A stretch of DNA of 64,000 nt, from assembly GCF_000281045.1 (NCBI RefSeq), contig NW_008246107.1, positions 127,758 through 191,757 of the forward strand, in the 5' to 3' direction. Positions within the stretch are counted from its first letter, which is position 1, and the number at the start of each line of letters is the position of its first letter. The notes beneath the pieces are model-generated. The model had not been told where the DNA came from and made no database searches. It saw only the letters and a list, made by a program, of their open reading frames with translations. Below, one piece after another: positions 10,467 to 21,627 of the stretch. This DNA comes from Saprolegnia diclina VS20 (taxonomy: Eukaryota). The translations under genes were made by a program, and so were the position numbers.

Positions 10467-12953
10467 ATGAGTGGCAGCCGCGTCAAGCCGATAGCGGCCG
10501 CATACGAAGCGGTCCTCTCGCAGCTCGACGACGGGCGCACGGACGCGCTGCCGCAGCTGCTCGCAGCGGTCGCCGCGCAGCCCAAGCAGTACGACTCGAT
10601 GTACGCCTATTGCCTCTCGACGCGCGTACCGTCACTGCGCTTTGACGACCTCGCGCCGCATGACGCAGCGTTCGTCGATGGTCTCGTGGCCGCCGGGAGC
10701 TTTGACATTGCGCTTGTCCGCGCGCCGCGGGCCAAGGCGCCGGCGAAACACACTACCGACTGCCTGGCGTGGCAGGAGCGCAACGCGATCGAAGCGCGCG
10801 AGTGGGCCGCGCGACCGGTGGCCAAAGCAGTGCCACAGGACGTAGCTGCGCCGTGGGGCTACGATCCCGACCACTTTGACTATGCGGGCGGCGCGACCTT
10901 TCGAAAGCCGCGGGATCCCGAGGACGGGTTTTGCACGGGCGACACGAGCGCCGACGACATGCAATCGGGGCCTGACGACGACGACGGGTACGACGTCGAA
11001 TGGCCCGATGATCCCTACAACGAGTTTGGCCTCACGGACAACGACACCTACGGCGGTGCCCACCGAGGTTACGACGACGACGACGACGGCTGGGACGGGG
11101 ACGTCAGTGACACCGACAACGACGGTGGTGACGACACGGTGCGCTGCTACTGCCACGAAGCACCCGCGACGCAGACCCGTCGGCGCATCTCAGCGGTGCA
11201 GCTGCATGCGAGTTCAGTGGCGGTACCCGTCGCCGTCACGGACGCCCTTCTTGGCCGCGCCGTCGGTCGGTGGATCACGACGCGGTCGCTCCAGCAGTTG
11301 CACTCTGCGATTTTGGTGTTTTGGCCGACGCGTCACCGCCCGCGCTTTCTCGGGTTCGAAGCGGCGATGCGCGCGCTCCATTCTGGTGACACGCTCGGGT
11401 GGCCCTCGATCGACGATCTCGCACTTGGCGTCTTTGACATGTTTCAATTGACCGATGGCTACAGGACGACCGAAGCCGACGCGACCGCGATGTCGTCGTA
11501 CCTCGTGCAGTCGTCGTCGTCGTCGTCGCTGCCCGGACGCTTTTTGCCCGACGCCTTTACCCTGGACAAGCAGGCGTCGCGAACCCGGGGCCTCCACTGG
11601 CTGCGCGACGTGATTGCAAAGTTTGGGTGGTTGAGCGTCAGAGACAGTATCGTGACCCTTTGCTCGTCGTCGTCGCCCGACGACGGCCTGTATCGGCTTG
11701 CCCATGCTATGCACTTTGCGCGGCGACTCCTTCTCGAGTCGGTCGTGCCGGCGCACGAAGCAGAGGTTGTCGCGGACCTCGCCAGCACACCTGGCGTGTG
11801 CTGTCGATGCAGCTGACCGCGGTGCGCGAGATCGACGCGTACCCGAATGCTATGCCGACTCGGTTCCGCAGCAATGCTACTGCAAGATGCGCTGGCCTTG
11901 GAGGCCCGGGCCGGGCGCCTGCGCGATAGCACTGGCAAGCACGTCAGTATCGTCTTGGCATGGACGATGATGATTTACTTACCCCACTACGTGCTCTCGG
12001 TGCTGCTTCCGGTGGTGCTCACCGTGCAACCGCCGGCCCTCGTCGCCGACCTCGTGCCGATGGTCGCCGACACCATCGAGTACATGACGGACGACGACCA
12101 AAGTCATTTGGCCGACGTCTTCCGCTTTGACGCACGCTACGGAGATATCCACGACGCGTACGACAACGTCGCCAACGTCATTGACACTGACGTCTTTGCG
12201 CCGTTCCTGGAGGCGCTGCGCGCCGGCATGGTCGTCGCGACCCCGACGCGAATCGTCGACGACGTCGTCCAGCGCACTCTCCGCCTCGTTGCGGGCACCG
12301 TGGCAAAGTCCACGGACGCGATCACCGGGCGTGTCTTGACCACGTACAAATCTATCCTCCGCGTCCCAGAGGCGATAGCTATTTGCCACCTCTTGTCGCC
12401 GACAGCGGTGTCGCGCCTTCTGGACGAAGTGACGGCCCTTCTCACGAACGCGCCGGACGCTCTCTACTACGTCCGCCGCCTGCTCTACCCGACGGTGTCG
12501 TACCTCGACTCGCAGCTCCCTGGGCTGTACTCATTGCCCCGAAACGCGATGGCCGCCGCCGTCCGGACGGCCCTCGTGGCCTTTCTACAGGCGACGCAAA
12601 CCCCGGCGCCGGTGTCGCGGCTCCATACCGCGTGCATGTGCACTGAATGCAAGGACGTCGAAATGCAACTGGAGGCGTGTCAGCCGACAAGAGACGTCGA
12701 CGTCGTCCGCGCCACGTGCCCCAAGCTTCGGGCGGCGGTAAGCGCGTTGCCCAAGCACCCGCGAGTGGCACTCGCCTTGCTCTCCATGTCGCGGCTAACG
12801 ATTCGGATTACGTCCGAGGCCGCAGCGATGGCCGAGCGGCAGCGCGACGAAGCCACGGCAGCTCGCTTGCGCGTTGGGAAGCACAAGAAGAAGAGCAAGA
12901 AGAAGGGCAAGACGACAGCCGCATCACCCGAGGCTGTTGCCCCTAACGAGTAG
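10467..12953 (+). pseudogene. Paralog 2 of the oxygenase-like family: lacks the oxygenase domain and is interrupted near 11783-11850
   Basis: Shares DAAFVxxLVxxGxxDxALV, GYDPxxFD, LVFWPxxHR, FGW, LLYPT and CMCTEC with paralog 1. In-frame TGA at 11814-11816, while the homologous segment lies in another frame. Could be a pseudogene or a sequence error. Confidence 0.6.
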
Positions 12954-13514
12954 CATTCCATACTCAGCTATGAAAACGGTGGTGTACCTCTCAGCTGCTA
13001 TGACCTTTCGACCGACGGTGCACCAACGGTCGTAGTTGGAAGAAGGTGAATGGACGATTTTGCGCTGCGAGCATGCAGCGCACCATTTTGCATTTACTGT
13101 TCGGCGTCTTGAAAGGTACAATCTGTGAAACGGTGGTGCAATCAAGGATCGAAGCGGCTCCCAAGAATTGTCATTGGTTCTGCGAAATGAGGTTGAGAGC
13201 AGGAATTCCTTTGGGGATCATCCGTAAAAATTGGAACTATACGACGGACTACCTCTTTATCACATTCGTCATCAACACCCCAGAGAAAGACTGTCGATGG
13301 TCAACGCATCGCATAGTACTGGCATTTGCGGCATTGAACCGCTGCCTTCCTTTCGATTGCGTAGCAAACCGGTCACATTCTTAGTTTCTTAGTGGCACAA
13401 GGGGGACTCGCTCTCGACGTTCACAAGACCATCTTGATGGACGCCACGGATTGCTTTTGGGCCAATCCGCGTGCGTCGTCCTAGAAATTGGACGAATCAG
13501 CGACCAGGACTCGG

Positions 13515-13530
13515 CCACTTTGCCTTTTGC
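13515..13530 (+). promoter_or_regulatory. Oomycete Inr/FPR core promoter element
   Basis: CCACTTTGCCTTTTGC, 18 nt upstream of ATG 13548; matches YCAYTYY plus WTTTNC. Confidence 0.6.
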
Positions 13531-13547
13531 ACCACCTTTCCCAGACG

Positions 13548-16292
13548 ATGGCCACAGCGCGGATCGACGTCGTCGCCGGCTTCAACCGCGCAGTCGAAGC
13601 GATCGGCGACGGCGGCCGCCACTGCTTCACCGCCGAGTACGACGATAGCGTTGACCCGATGCTGCGCGTCCGGGGCGTCAACCAGCGCCTCACGTGGCCA
13701 TTCTCGGCGCGCCAGGCCAAGCAGCTCTTTGCACTCTACAAGAAATCGCCGGCGTGCATGATTCCAGCGTTGGACCTCACAATCAAGAACGACGTGGCGT
13801 GGGACGAGCTCCTCGAGGACGACATCTTTCCGCGCATCGAAGAGGAGCTTGTGCCGGAAGGGCCGTTCGAAGCGGTGCTGTCCCATCTGCACATTGACAG
13901 CAATGGCACGACCGCCAAGCTCCTTCCGACGAACCGCGCGAAGGGATCGTTTGGCACGCTCTGCGTCGTGCTCCTCTCTGAGCACGTCGGCGGCGACATC
14001 CATGTGACCCACGGCCGCCACACGCAGGAAGTGTACACGGGCGACGAGCTCTACGCGTCGTTTGTAGCATTTTACAACGCCACGACCCTCACAGTATCGC
14101 CCATGGACCACGGACGCCGCGTCATGCTGGTCTACGATCTGGTCTACATGGAAGACCACGCGAGTCGTGACGCGCCGCCGTCGCTCTCGGCGGTCACGAC
14201 GTCGCTGGCGTCGCTTGCGACGATCCCGCGCCAGTACTATGCCAACCTCGCGTACCGCTGCACGCACCAGTACATGCTCCTCGACTTTGAAATGCTCTTG
14301 GGCGTCGACCTTGCGTTTGTGCAGGCCGTCGCCGACACGGACGTGTACGACATTGCGTTTGTCGGCGCGCGGAAGAAGCCGTACCATGGCGACTTGACGA
14401 CCATGTCGGAAGAAGAGCTCGAGCGCGACCGAGCGATCGCCGAAGACCCAAACGCTCTCATGCGCGTGACGACGTCCGACTTTTACCCTGGATGCAACAC
14501 GCCACCGGTGGTCAAGGCGTGCCTCCGCGCGCGACCGCTCGGCCCCGTCGTCGGCGCGATCTACTCGGAGTCGCTTCACATTGTCGTTTGGCCCAAGCAA
14601 CACCGGGTGCGCATTCTCGGTTGGGCCAAGGCCATCGAGCACCTCAAGCTGCTCGTGAAGCAGTCGACGTCCGACCTCCTCGGGTACGCCTCGACCGACG
14701 CCTTTGCACTGGCGACCATCGAGATGCTGGGCATCAACGACCGCAAGGACGACCCGAAGAACGTGGATGTTCCGACACCGCTCGACGTCCTTCCGCTGCT
14801 GACGGACCTCGACAACCTCGACGTCACGGCCACGTTCATTGCCGACTTTATGGACTTGTCGGCCGGCATCGAGTCGACGGCGGCATTTGTGCGCGCGTCG
14901 CTGACCCGCTTTGGGTGGGAGCCGCTGCAGCCGTCGATGGTGGCGTTCATGGCGCGCGCCAGCAGCGAATGGCGCGGACTCGCCGACGTCTTTCGACTGC
15001 TCGTCAACCTCGCGGGCTATGTGTTTACACATCCGGACGCGATTGAGCTGCCGATTTGCGACTCGTACAAGGCGCCGTGGAGCCTCGAGCTTATAAAGAC
15101 GTGCTGGCACACGCTGGTTGAAGGCATGGCGGCGCTCGACGACCTCCCGCCGTCCGTCGATGTCCTCACGGTGCTCGAGCCGTTGGGGTGCCAGGACCTC
15201 CTCACGAACGCGATCGTTGTCCAGGCGTACCTCGAGCAAACAACGACGTCGCCGGTCCACGGCGCCTTTTTGCGCGGGAAGCTGCCGCCGTCGCTGCTTC
15301 GGTGCGTCGATTCGTACCTGTACCCGACGTCGCTGCTAGACGTCGTGCGCGCCAAGCCAATAATCTTCCACCCGGTCAACCTCGTCGCACCGACGATCCA
15401 CGCACTCTTGCAGCGCCGGGACATTGCGCCGACGATCTCGCTTCGCGCCTACATGCAGCTCGCATGGCGCGGGTACTTGGCCACAAGCCCTCGCCGCATC
15501 TACATGCTGCCGCTCGCGGGTATTCTGAGCTGCGCCGCCAACGAAGTCAAGCTCAGTCGACTGCTCCATGGTGCATACGAGCGCCACGGTGTTGTGCTCG
15601 CCCCGGCCCTCGCCGACTACCTCGCGTTGGCACCCCTTGTCCGCGAGGCGGATGCCGATGCCATGTGTGCTGCAGTCATGCTCACGGTCGAGGCCATGTC
15701 AAGCCAACAAGCGCAAGACCGGTTCTACATTGTCAACGGAGCCATGGCAGTCTTTGGCTGCCTGCGCCGCCCGGCGGCCATGGCCGAGGCAGTCGCGTCG
15801 ATCGTACGACAGTTTTACCATCCGCCGGCGTCCCTCGAAGCCGTTCGGTTGATCTGGTACACGCTCTTCAAGCAGGTCCACGCGTCGTTTCCCGACGAGG
15901 TGGACGTACTGAAGCGGCTCGTGACCATGTGCCTTCCGCCGCTGCGCGCGCATTTGGCGTCCACCCCGGCGCCGGTCGCGCCCAACTTTGCGAATCCGTT
16001 CTTATTCGTGCCCTGCTCGTGCACACAATGCAGCGAGATCCAAGCCTTCTTGCGCGACGGGTCGGCCTCGGACTTCGAAGCGACGTACGTCCAGCCCTGC
16101 GCCAAGTTTACAGCGTACGCCGCGTCGATGGCGTCAAATCCGCGCGTTGACATTCAAATCTTTGGCGACAATACCGTTGCGATTGAGAAGGCCGGGCACC
16201 GCGAGGTCGCCGACCGGAAAATGGACGAAGCGTCGGTCGCGCACCTCGAGGCCGTGGCCGCGCGGCTCGGGCTCACCAAGCCGTCGAGTTGA
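13548..16292 (+). CDS. Degenerate 2OG-Fe(II) oxygenase-like domain protein with CxCxxC motif (paralog 3, 914 aa)
   Basis: GSFGTLCVVLLSEHVGGDIHVTH...FVAFY...VSPMDHGRRVMLVYDL; WPKQHR; FGW; CSCTQC. Confidence 0.82.
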   Translation: MATARIDVVAGFNRAVEAIGDGGRHCFTAEYDDSVDPMLRVRGVNQRLTWPFSARQAKQLFALYKKSPACMIPALDLTIKNDVAWDELLEDDIFPRIEEELVPEGPFEAVLSHLHIDSNGTTAKLLPTNRAKGSFGTLCVVLLSEHVGGDIHVTHGRHTQEVYTGDELYASFVAFYNATTLTVSPMDHGRRVMLVYDLVYMEDHASRDAPPSLSAVTTSLASLATIPRQYYANLAYRCTHQYMLLDFEMLLGVDLAFVQAVADTDVYDIAFVGARKKPYHGDLTTMSEEELERDRAIAEDPNALMRVTTSDFYPGCNTPPVVKACLRARPLGPVVGAIYSESLHIVVWPKQHRVRILGWAKAIEHLKLLVKQSTSDLLGYASTDAFALATIEMLGINDRKDDPKNVDVPTPLDVLPLLTDLDNLDVTATFIADFMDLSAGIESTAAFVRASLTRFGWEPLQPSMVAFMARASSEWRGLADVFRLLVNLAGYVFTHPDAIELPICDSYKAPWSLELIKTCWHTLVEGMAALDDLPPSVDVLTVLEPLGCQDLLTNAIVVQAYLEQTTTSPVHGAFLRGKLPPSLLRCVDSYLYPTSLLDVVRAKPIIFHPVNLVAPTIHALLQRRDIAPTISLRAYMQLAWRGYLATSPRRIYMLPLAGILSCAANEVKLSRLLHGAYERHGVVLAPALADYLALAPLVREADADAMCAAVMLTVEAMSSQQAQDRFYIVNGAMAVFGCLRRPAAMAEAVASIVRQFYHPPASLEAVRLIWYTLFKQVHASFPDEVDVLKRLVTMCLPPLRAHLASTPAPVAPNFANPFLFVPCSCTQCSEIQAFLRDGSASDFEATYVQPCAKFTAYAASMASNPRVDIQIFGDNTVAIEKAGHREVADRKMDEASVAHLEAVAARLGLTKPSS

Positions 16293-16814
16293 ACCAGTGG
16301 CCTTGCTAACACGACTGAGTTATGAGCGGAACGGTTTGTAAGCGCGTTTGGCGGGTCGTGTCAATACATTAAACGGATGATTATTGAGCCTTGGTAAGGG
16401 GTAGGGTCGACCGTGGAGGGACAGGATGGGACTCGGAACGACCATACGAATGGCCAACTCGTTGAGGCGCCAGCGAGAGGATCGTGAGAGAGTTCGAGGG
16501 TGGTCGGCAGCTGACGGCATTGCGGTGGTGTGGCGTTGTCGATGCGACTTAGTTGGTGGAGGCAGTATTCCTTTGCGATCAGGAGCCCACTCTATTGGCA
16601 AGAGTGCTCATAAGGACTCGTCGAGCCACGAGCTCTACCCTGGATACAAGCTTGGATACGTGATTACGTGTAAACGGCATCGAGCGTTTGCAGGATGGCT
16701 ATCCAAGCGAGCTATTTAATCCATCCGTCGTGCGTCCGATTATCGACAACTACTAAGACATGCGAGTAGTAGATAGTACATGAAGAAGGATAATATATAT
16801 TGGTGCGGAGGAGA

Positions 16815-17483
16815 CTAGGCAGGGATGTTGATCCAGCCTAGGATCGTTTCGTTGGTCGACGCCGGTGCAATCGCGTAGCCGTCCTTGGTCACGGTCGCCG
16901 CGAGGCGCCTCGAGTAGTCTTGGTCGGATGGCCAGACACTGTCGTCGTGGTTCTGTTCGATAATGTCCACGTAGTCGTCGGCGACGCGCGTGATGACGGC
17001 GACGTGGCCCGTCTCCTTCATGTGGCCGCCGTGGTCCCAGATCAGAAGCGACCCGACGCGCGGCCGTGTCGGTGCGCCGTTGTGACACCGGTCGACGGCG
17101 ACCGGGCGCTCGTCGGCGACCGTGGCAAAGGCGGTCGTCGGCGCAAAAATCTCGTACGCAAAACGAATCGACGAAAACGTGACGCCGCTGCGCACGACGA
17201 GGTAGCGCCGCGCGAGCTCGACGCACTGCCACTGCAGCCCTGTGAAGACGCCGTTGTGGAAGTGGACGAGGCCACGCGCCATCTTGGGGCAGGCGGCGTT
17301 GTAGCACGAGTAGACACTAATGTCGTCGCACACGCCGAGGATGGTACCAAAGGGGCAGCGCGTTGGCGCGGTGCTGCTCGAACAAAGCGCAGGCATGGAC
17401 ATGACGCGGGCGCTCCGAAGGCCATGCGTCGGCCATCGGCGGGCGGCGGCGCCGAGCCAGCGGGCTGTCGACTTCACGATCAT
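16815..17483 (-). CDS. CHAP-domain cysteine amidase, glutathionylspermidine amidase-like, stand-alone
   Basis: PFGTILG...TGLQWQCVELARRYL...LLIW...TGHVAVI...IIEQN with intact Cys/His/Glu; Arg/Ala/Ser-rich N-terminal extension. Confidence 0.88.
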   Translation of the reverse strand: MIVKSTARWLGAAARRWPTHGLRSARVMSMPALCSSSTAPTRCPFGTILGVCDDISVYSCYNAACPKMARGLVHFHNGVFTGLQWQCVELARRYLVVRSGVTFSSIRFAYEIFAPTTAFATVADERPVAVDRCHNGAPTRPRVGSLLIWDHGGHMKETGHVAVITRVADDYVDIIEQNHDDSVWPSDQDYSRRLAATVTKDGYAIAPASTNETILGWINIPA

Positions 17484-18405
17484 TTGCAAGCTGGCATCCC
17501 AGCGAAGTCGGAATCTTCGGCAGGCGTTTGATTGGACATAAATTGACCAATTAAAAGGCAGGACGGAGTTTCCAGAAAAATGAGCAAGCCGACGTCAGAG
17601 TTCCAGGCAAGTTCAAGTGCCGCATGGCGCGCGTGGGTGGCCATGATCGGCCCGCATCCTGCGCATTTAGCGCGTTGACAGCCATTACATAGTCTTTTTC
17701 TAATATACGTAATTCACCTTATTTGAAACCGCAGCTACGTTGCAACGTGCTCGTCGGTCGACGCCAGGGTGAGCCCGAGAGAGCCCCAGACAATGATGCG
17801 TGAAGCTTGTGCCAAGGGCGTATACAATGTTTCATGACCTTGCTAGAGCTTTAGCTGCATTCAAGATGCTTTTTAGGCTCTTGATGCTGGCTCTCGGTGC
17901 AGGCAGAACAAAGCGCAGCCATTGATTATGCAAAGTCTTTGTGTAATTATGAAGATAACGCGAAACACGTTCATATATACTACAAGCTGGAACAGCGAGG
18001 AAAAGGCCAAATCTCCAAACTTTTGGAACTTTTTCCCTGCAACGAGTTGAGAGCTGAAAATTGGTATGGTGACTAAATGATATTTTCTCTACATGTCTAG
18101 TGTACTTGACAATATTAGTCACAGCGGGCTAGGGGTCCTTTGCGCGGTGTCGGTGCTCTAATCCTAAATAAATCGAAATTGGGAGGGTGACCAGCAAAGT
18201 TCCATACATAAGGACGTTTGCCTTGTCACGCAGTACTAGAATATGGTGCGCTATGCCTCACGAGAGGTGCAGGGGATGCTGCAGCACAGTTCGCAGATTC
18301 GAGCCAGTGCGACTGCCAAATTTACGACTTTTAGCCTCTTCTATACATAATTACCGGATAAAAACCGGATGTATTATTTGAAATTGCACGCTTCGCGCCG
18401 CGACG

Positions 18406-18736
18406 ATGAGCGCCAAATGCGGTGTCACGAACTGCTCGTCCAAACGCAAGTACCGACCCCACCTCAAGGAAGTCAAGCGCGGCAAGATAAAGGCCAAGTT
18501 CGGGCCGTACGAGGACAGCCGCGACGAAGCACTGCTCGCCGGCAGCGTTCTGTTTGGAGCCGCGTGGGTGTTGCCAGGCGACGACGAGGGCGCTTCCTCG
18601 CCGGACGTCCGAGGCCTGCTCGCAGGCTGAGATCGAGGCCGCTGTCCGCGAGCACAAGGTGCACCGCTCGATCCATGACACAAATCGCCGCACCATCAAC
18701 GCGCCTCTTCCGGAGCTGCAGATTTACTATTTGTAA
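18406..18736 (+). pseudogene. Short coding-like island, probably a frameshifted gene fragment
   Basis: GC-rich coding-like stretch in AT-richer DNA, split over two frames (18406-18630 and 18554-18736); no family recognised. Confidence 0.25.
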
Positions 18737-18859
18737 TGGTAATATACAAATGTACAGTCATTTAATTCCAAACAGGTTTCCGCCTATCCCATCGCAGTAT
18801 TTGGAGCCTGGCCAATAAAAACGAGGGAGCAATATATTGGTTTCTCCGCCGTTCCAGCT

Positions 18860-18959
18860 NNNNNNNNNNNNNNNNNNNNNNNNNNNNNNNNNNNNNNNNN
18901 NNNNNNNNNNNNNNNNNNNNNNNNNNNNNNNNNNNNNNNNNNNNNNNNNNNNNNNNNNN
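18860..18959. other. Assembly gap (100 N)
   Basis: Run of N bases. Confidence 1.
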
Positions 18960-20547
18960 ATAATGGACTGTTGCCAGTAACGAGTAGCTGGTAATACGTT
19001 GAGTGCAAGCTTGACGCAAACCCCAACGTACATACGGCTCGGCTTGCAATGGCTCGCAGCATTGATCGCTGCTGCAAGGCGTTGCCGTTGATAATTCCCT
19101 GCTCGATACATCGTCCGAGCTAAACCTTGGCTAGAAGAGCCATTTCCAAGAAGTGGAGTGGTTTTCCGCGCAAGTCGGAGCGATCTAGAAGACCACGATC
19201 CAAAAGCAAGCACAAAATCCAAGATCCAAAATCCAGGCGCAGAGCAAGCAAGCTCAAGCCATTTCCAAATTGGTAGTGTCAGTCAAATAGCTAACCCGCC
19301 TCGGCTACCACTGGCACGGCGGACACCGACACGGAAGTTGCCCCGAGTAGTTTGGTATTGTTGGAGAAAACTACGGAAGCTTTTCGTGTCTCCCGCTATT
19401 CTCGTCTCGTTGAACAATGCCAATAACGCTTCTAGGCGCGTCTGGACAATTATATAGCGCCATTTGGAGGATCGACTCGATGGCCCCGCTAGTCCTCACG
19501 TAAAAGCCACGAGCGAGAATATGACGTACTATCCTGCGTACTATAACAGCATATCGTGCGTGACCTACCCCCAAGGAAATTCCTAGCCTACCCCTGCCTC
19601 TGCGAGGTAGGAATGACATTTTGCTAGCGCGTCAAATTGTTGCGGATATTACCGTATCGCCCAGTCCGCCGTCGCTTTCCGGTATTACGGCGGGCAAGGC
19701 AACGACTCTGCGACTGGATTCTAGATCGCGCTGTCGTCACCACACTTACTACCCCAGTATCGTTAGTACATTCAAGTCGTTCAGTCGTTTCGCATTCGCC
19801 AACGACACTTGACCCGTTACTGCAACAAAGAGGCGAACGGCTGCAATGCACGGCACATCACCGGCCAAGAAAACCAGCGACCTCGTTGGAAGTAGGTAAT
19901 GGGTCGACCAATGCTGCGTGCCTGCGCGCACGGCTGGCCGGTCTGTGCGACCGGTGGGGTGGGTGGAGTGTAATATCTTGGTGGTTCATTCCACCCTCAC
20001 CAAGGCATGCACGAGAGCCATTTCAATATCCTAGTAGAACTAGATTAGGCTGGCAGTCTACTGAAGAAGATCGCCCTTGTCGCCAGTTGGAGACCCCCGC
20101 ACGCCGTGCAATGAAGTTGCGATTGCATGAGCGATATACTCGCATATACTCGCAGCGAGATGACAGAGCGGAGAAGAACTGGCGACATACCCGCAGTAGT
20201 ATCCAGCGTACGGCCCACCTCTCGCGCGCCTCCGTGTCGGCCGGTCCCGCGGAAGCGATGTAACAAACCACCACCGTGGCTGCTCCGGTCGTAGTCGTCG
20301 TACCCACTCGGTGTGTGTGGAGCAAATTCACTCGTGCAGGACGTTCACTGGTCCTGGTGGGCGCTCGTGTCCCGTCGCCGGACAGCGAAAACGGCGGCGT
20401 CCATTCCACCGTGCACTGAACGCTGCCGTGTCAAACCGCCCAAGTGGCTTCTTTGCCGTTGCACTTACGTCGGCTGGTGCAACTGGCTCTTCGCAGTGCG
20501 CTCTGCAAAGGATATCATTGCTCCTTTTACCACCTCGAAATTACACC

Positions 20548-21012
20548 ATGAAGTACCTCACGCTGTTCCTTGTCGCGGCCGCCGTTGCCGCGCAGACGAC
20601 GCAACCGACGACGACGACGCGCTCGCCCAACACCACCACGGTGGTGCCATCGACGAGCGCAGTGCCGTCGACGAGTGCGGTACCAACGACGACGAACGCG
20701 ACGACCAAGACGCCGACGCCGGCCAACAAGACGACGACGGTGCCGACAACGACAGTTGCACCGACAACGAGCGTGGTCGCCAACACGACGGCGCCCGTGA
20801 CGACAGCAGTCGCAACCCCGAACGTGACGGCGACGACCGAGCCTGTCGTTGTGACCGATGCACCGACGGATGCCCCCACCGATCCGCCGCTTCCGACGGC
20901 CACCAAGAAGAAGAACGTCACGACGACCGCACCGCCGTCGGCTGCCACGTCCATTTCGGTCATGTCGGTGGCATCGGTTGCCATGGCCTTTGTCGTCGCC
21001 ACCTTGATGTAG
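20548..21012 (+). CDS. Secreted Thr/Pro-rich mucin-like protein, probably GPI-anchored (154 aa)
   Basis: Signal peptide MKYLTLFLVAAAVAA-QTT; T/P-rich body with several NxT sites; C-terminal SAA followed by a hydrophobic tail. Confidence 0.85.
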   Translation: MKYLTLFLVAAAVAAQTTQPTTTTRSPNTTTVVPSTSAVPSTSAVPTTTNATTKTPTPANKTTTVPTTTVAPTTSVVANTTAPVTTAVATPNVTATTEPVVVTDAPTDAPTDPPLPTATKKKNVTTTAPPSAATSISVMSVASVAMAFVVATLM

Positions 21013-21627
21013 AGTCGCACCATAGTAGTCGATTACTAGTATGAATACTATGCATGTGTCGTGTCTGTCTGTTTGAGCTCGGTCAAGAATGTCCAAAGAG
21101 CCAGAGCGTTGGAAAGGCAAGCTGCTGTGTGATGCGTTGAATGATGACGTCATCAACCTCATGGCCCCATTGGTCGATAAAGGCTCCGGAATGCCCATAT
21201 CGATGAGAGCAAGGGGGAAGTAAGCCCCACAGCACCGCCAGAGGTCGAAACGATACGATTTGCTAGCCGTTCTGAGTCCACGGGCTATCGCCAGCCCGCA
21301 CCACTCGTCTGTTGCAGCGTCATTGCGTTCGGTGAGGACGATACTGCAATACAAACTCCAATTGATCGTTGTGAGGACAAACGCATTTAGCTAAAATTAT
21401 CTAAATACTGATAGTCGGACAATACAAACACGTCCGATAGAAAACAACGTGAAAGTACGTGACATTTTTGTACAAAATTGAAGTCTACAAGTCGGTTGTC
21501 CGGTGTGGATAGGCGCTGCCAAGGGAATGCCACCTCACATACGGCGACGCATTGTATCGAGTTGCAAGCGGAAATCGCAAAGTCGACGGTCGGCGTTCTT
21601 CCCACCCCGTGCCGTCATACGGCACAG

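Noticed and set aside
11814..11816. TGA as selenocysteine
   Set aside because: Homology lies in a different frame across this segment and no SECIS element was recognised.
13497..15260. 587-aa minus-strand ORF, and similar long antisense ORFs at 41227-42561 and 47650-48882
   Set aside because: Mirror frames of real genes, expected from strong codon bias.
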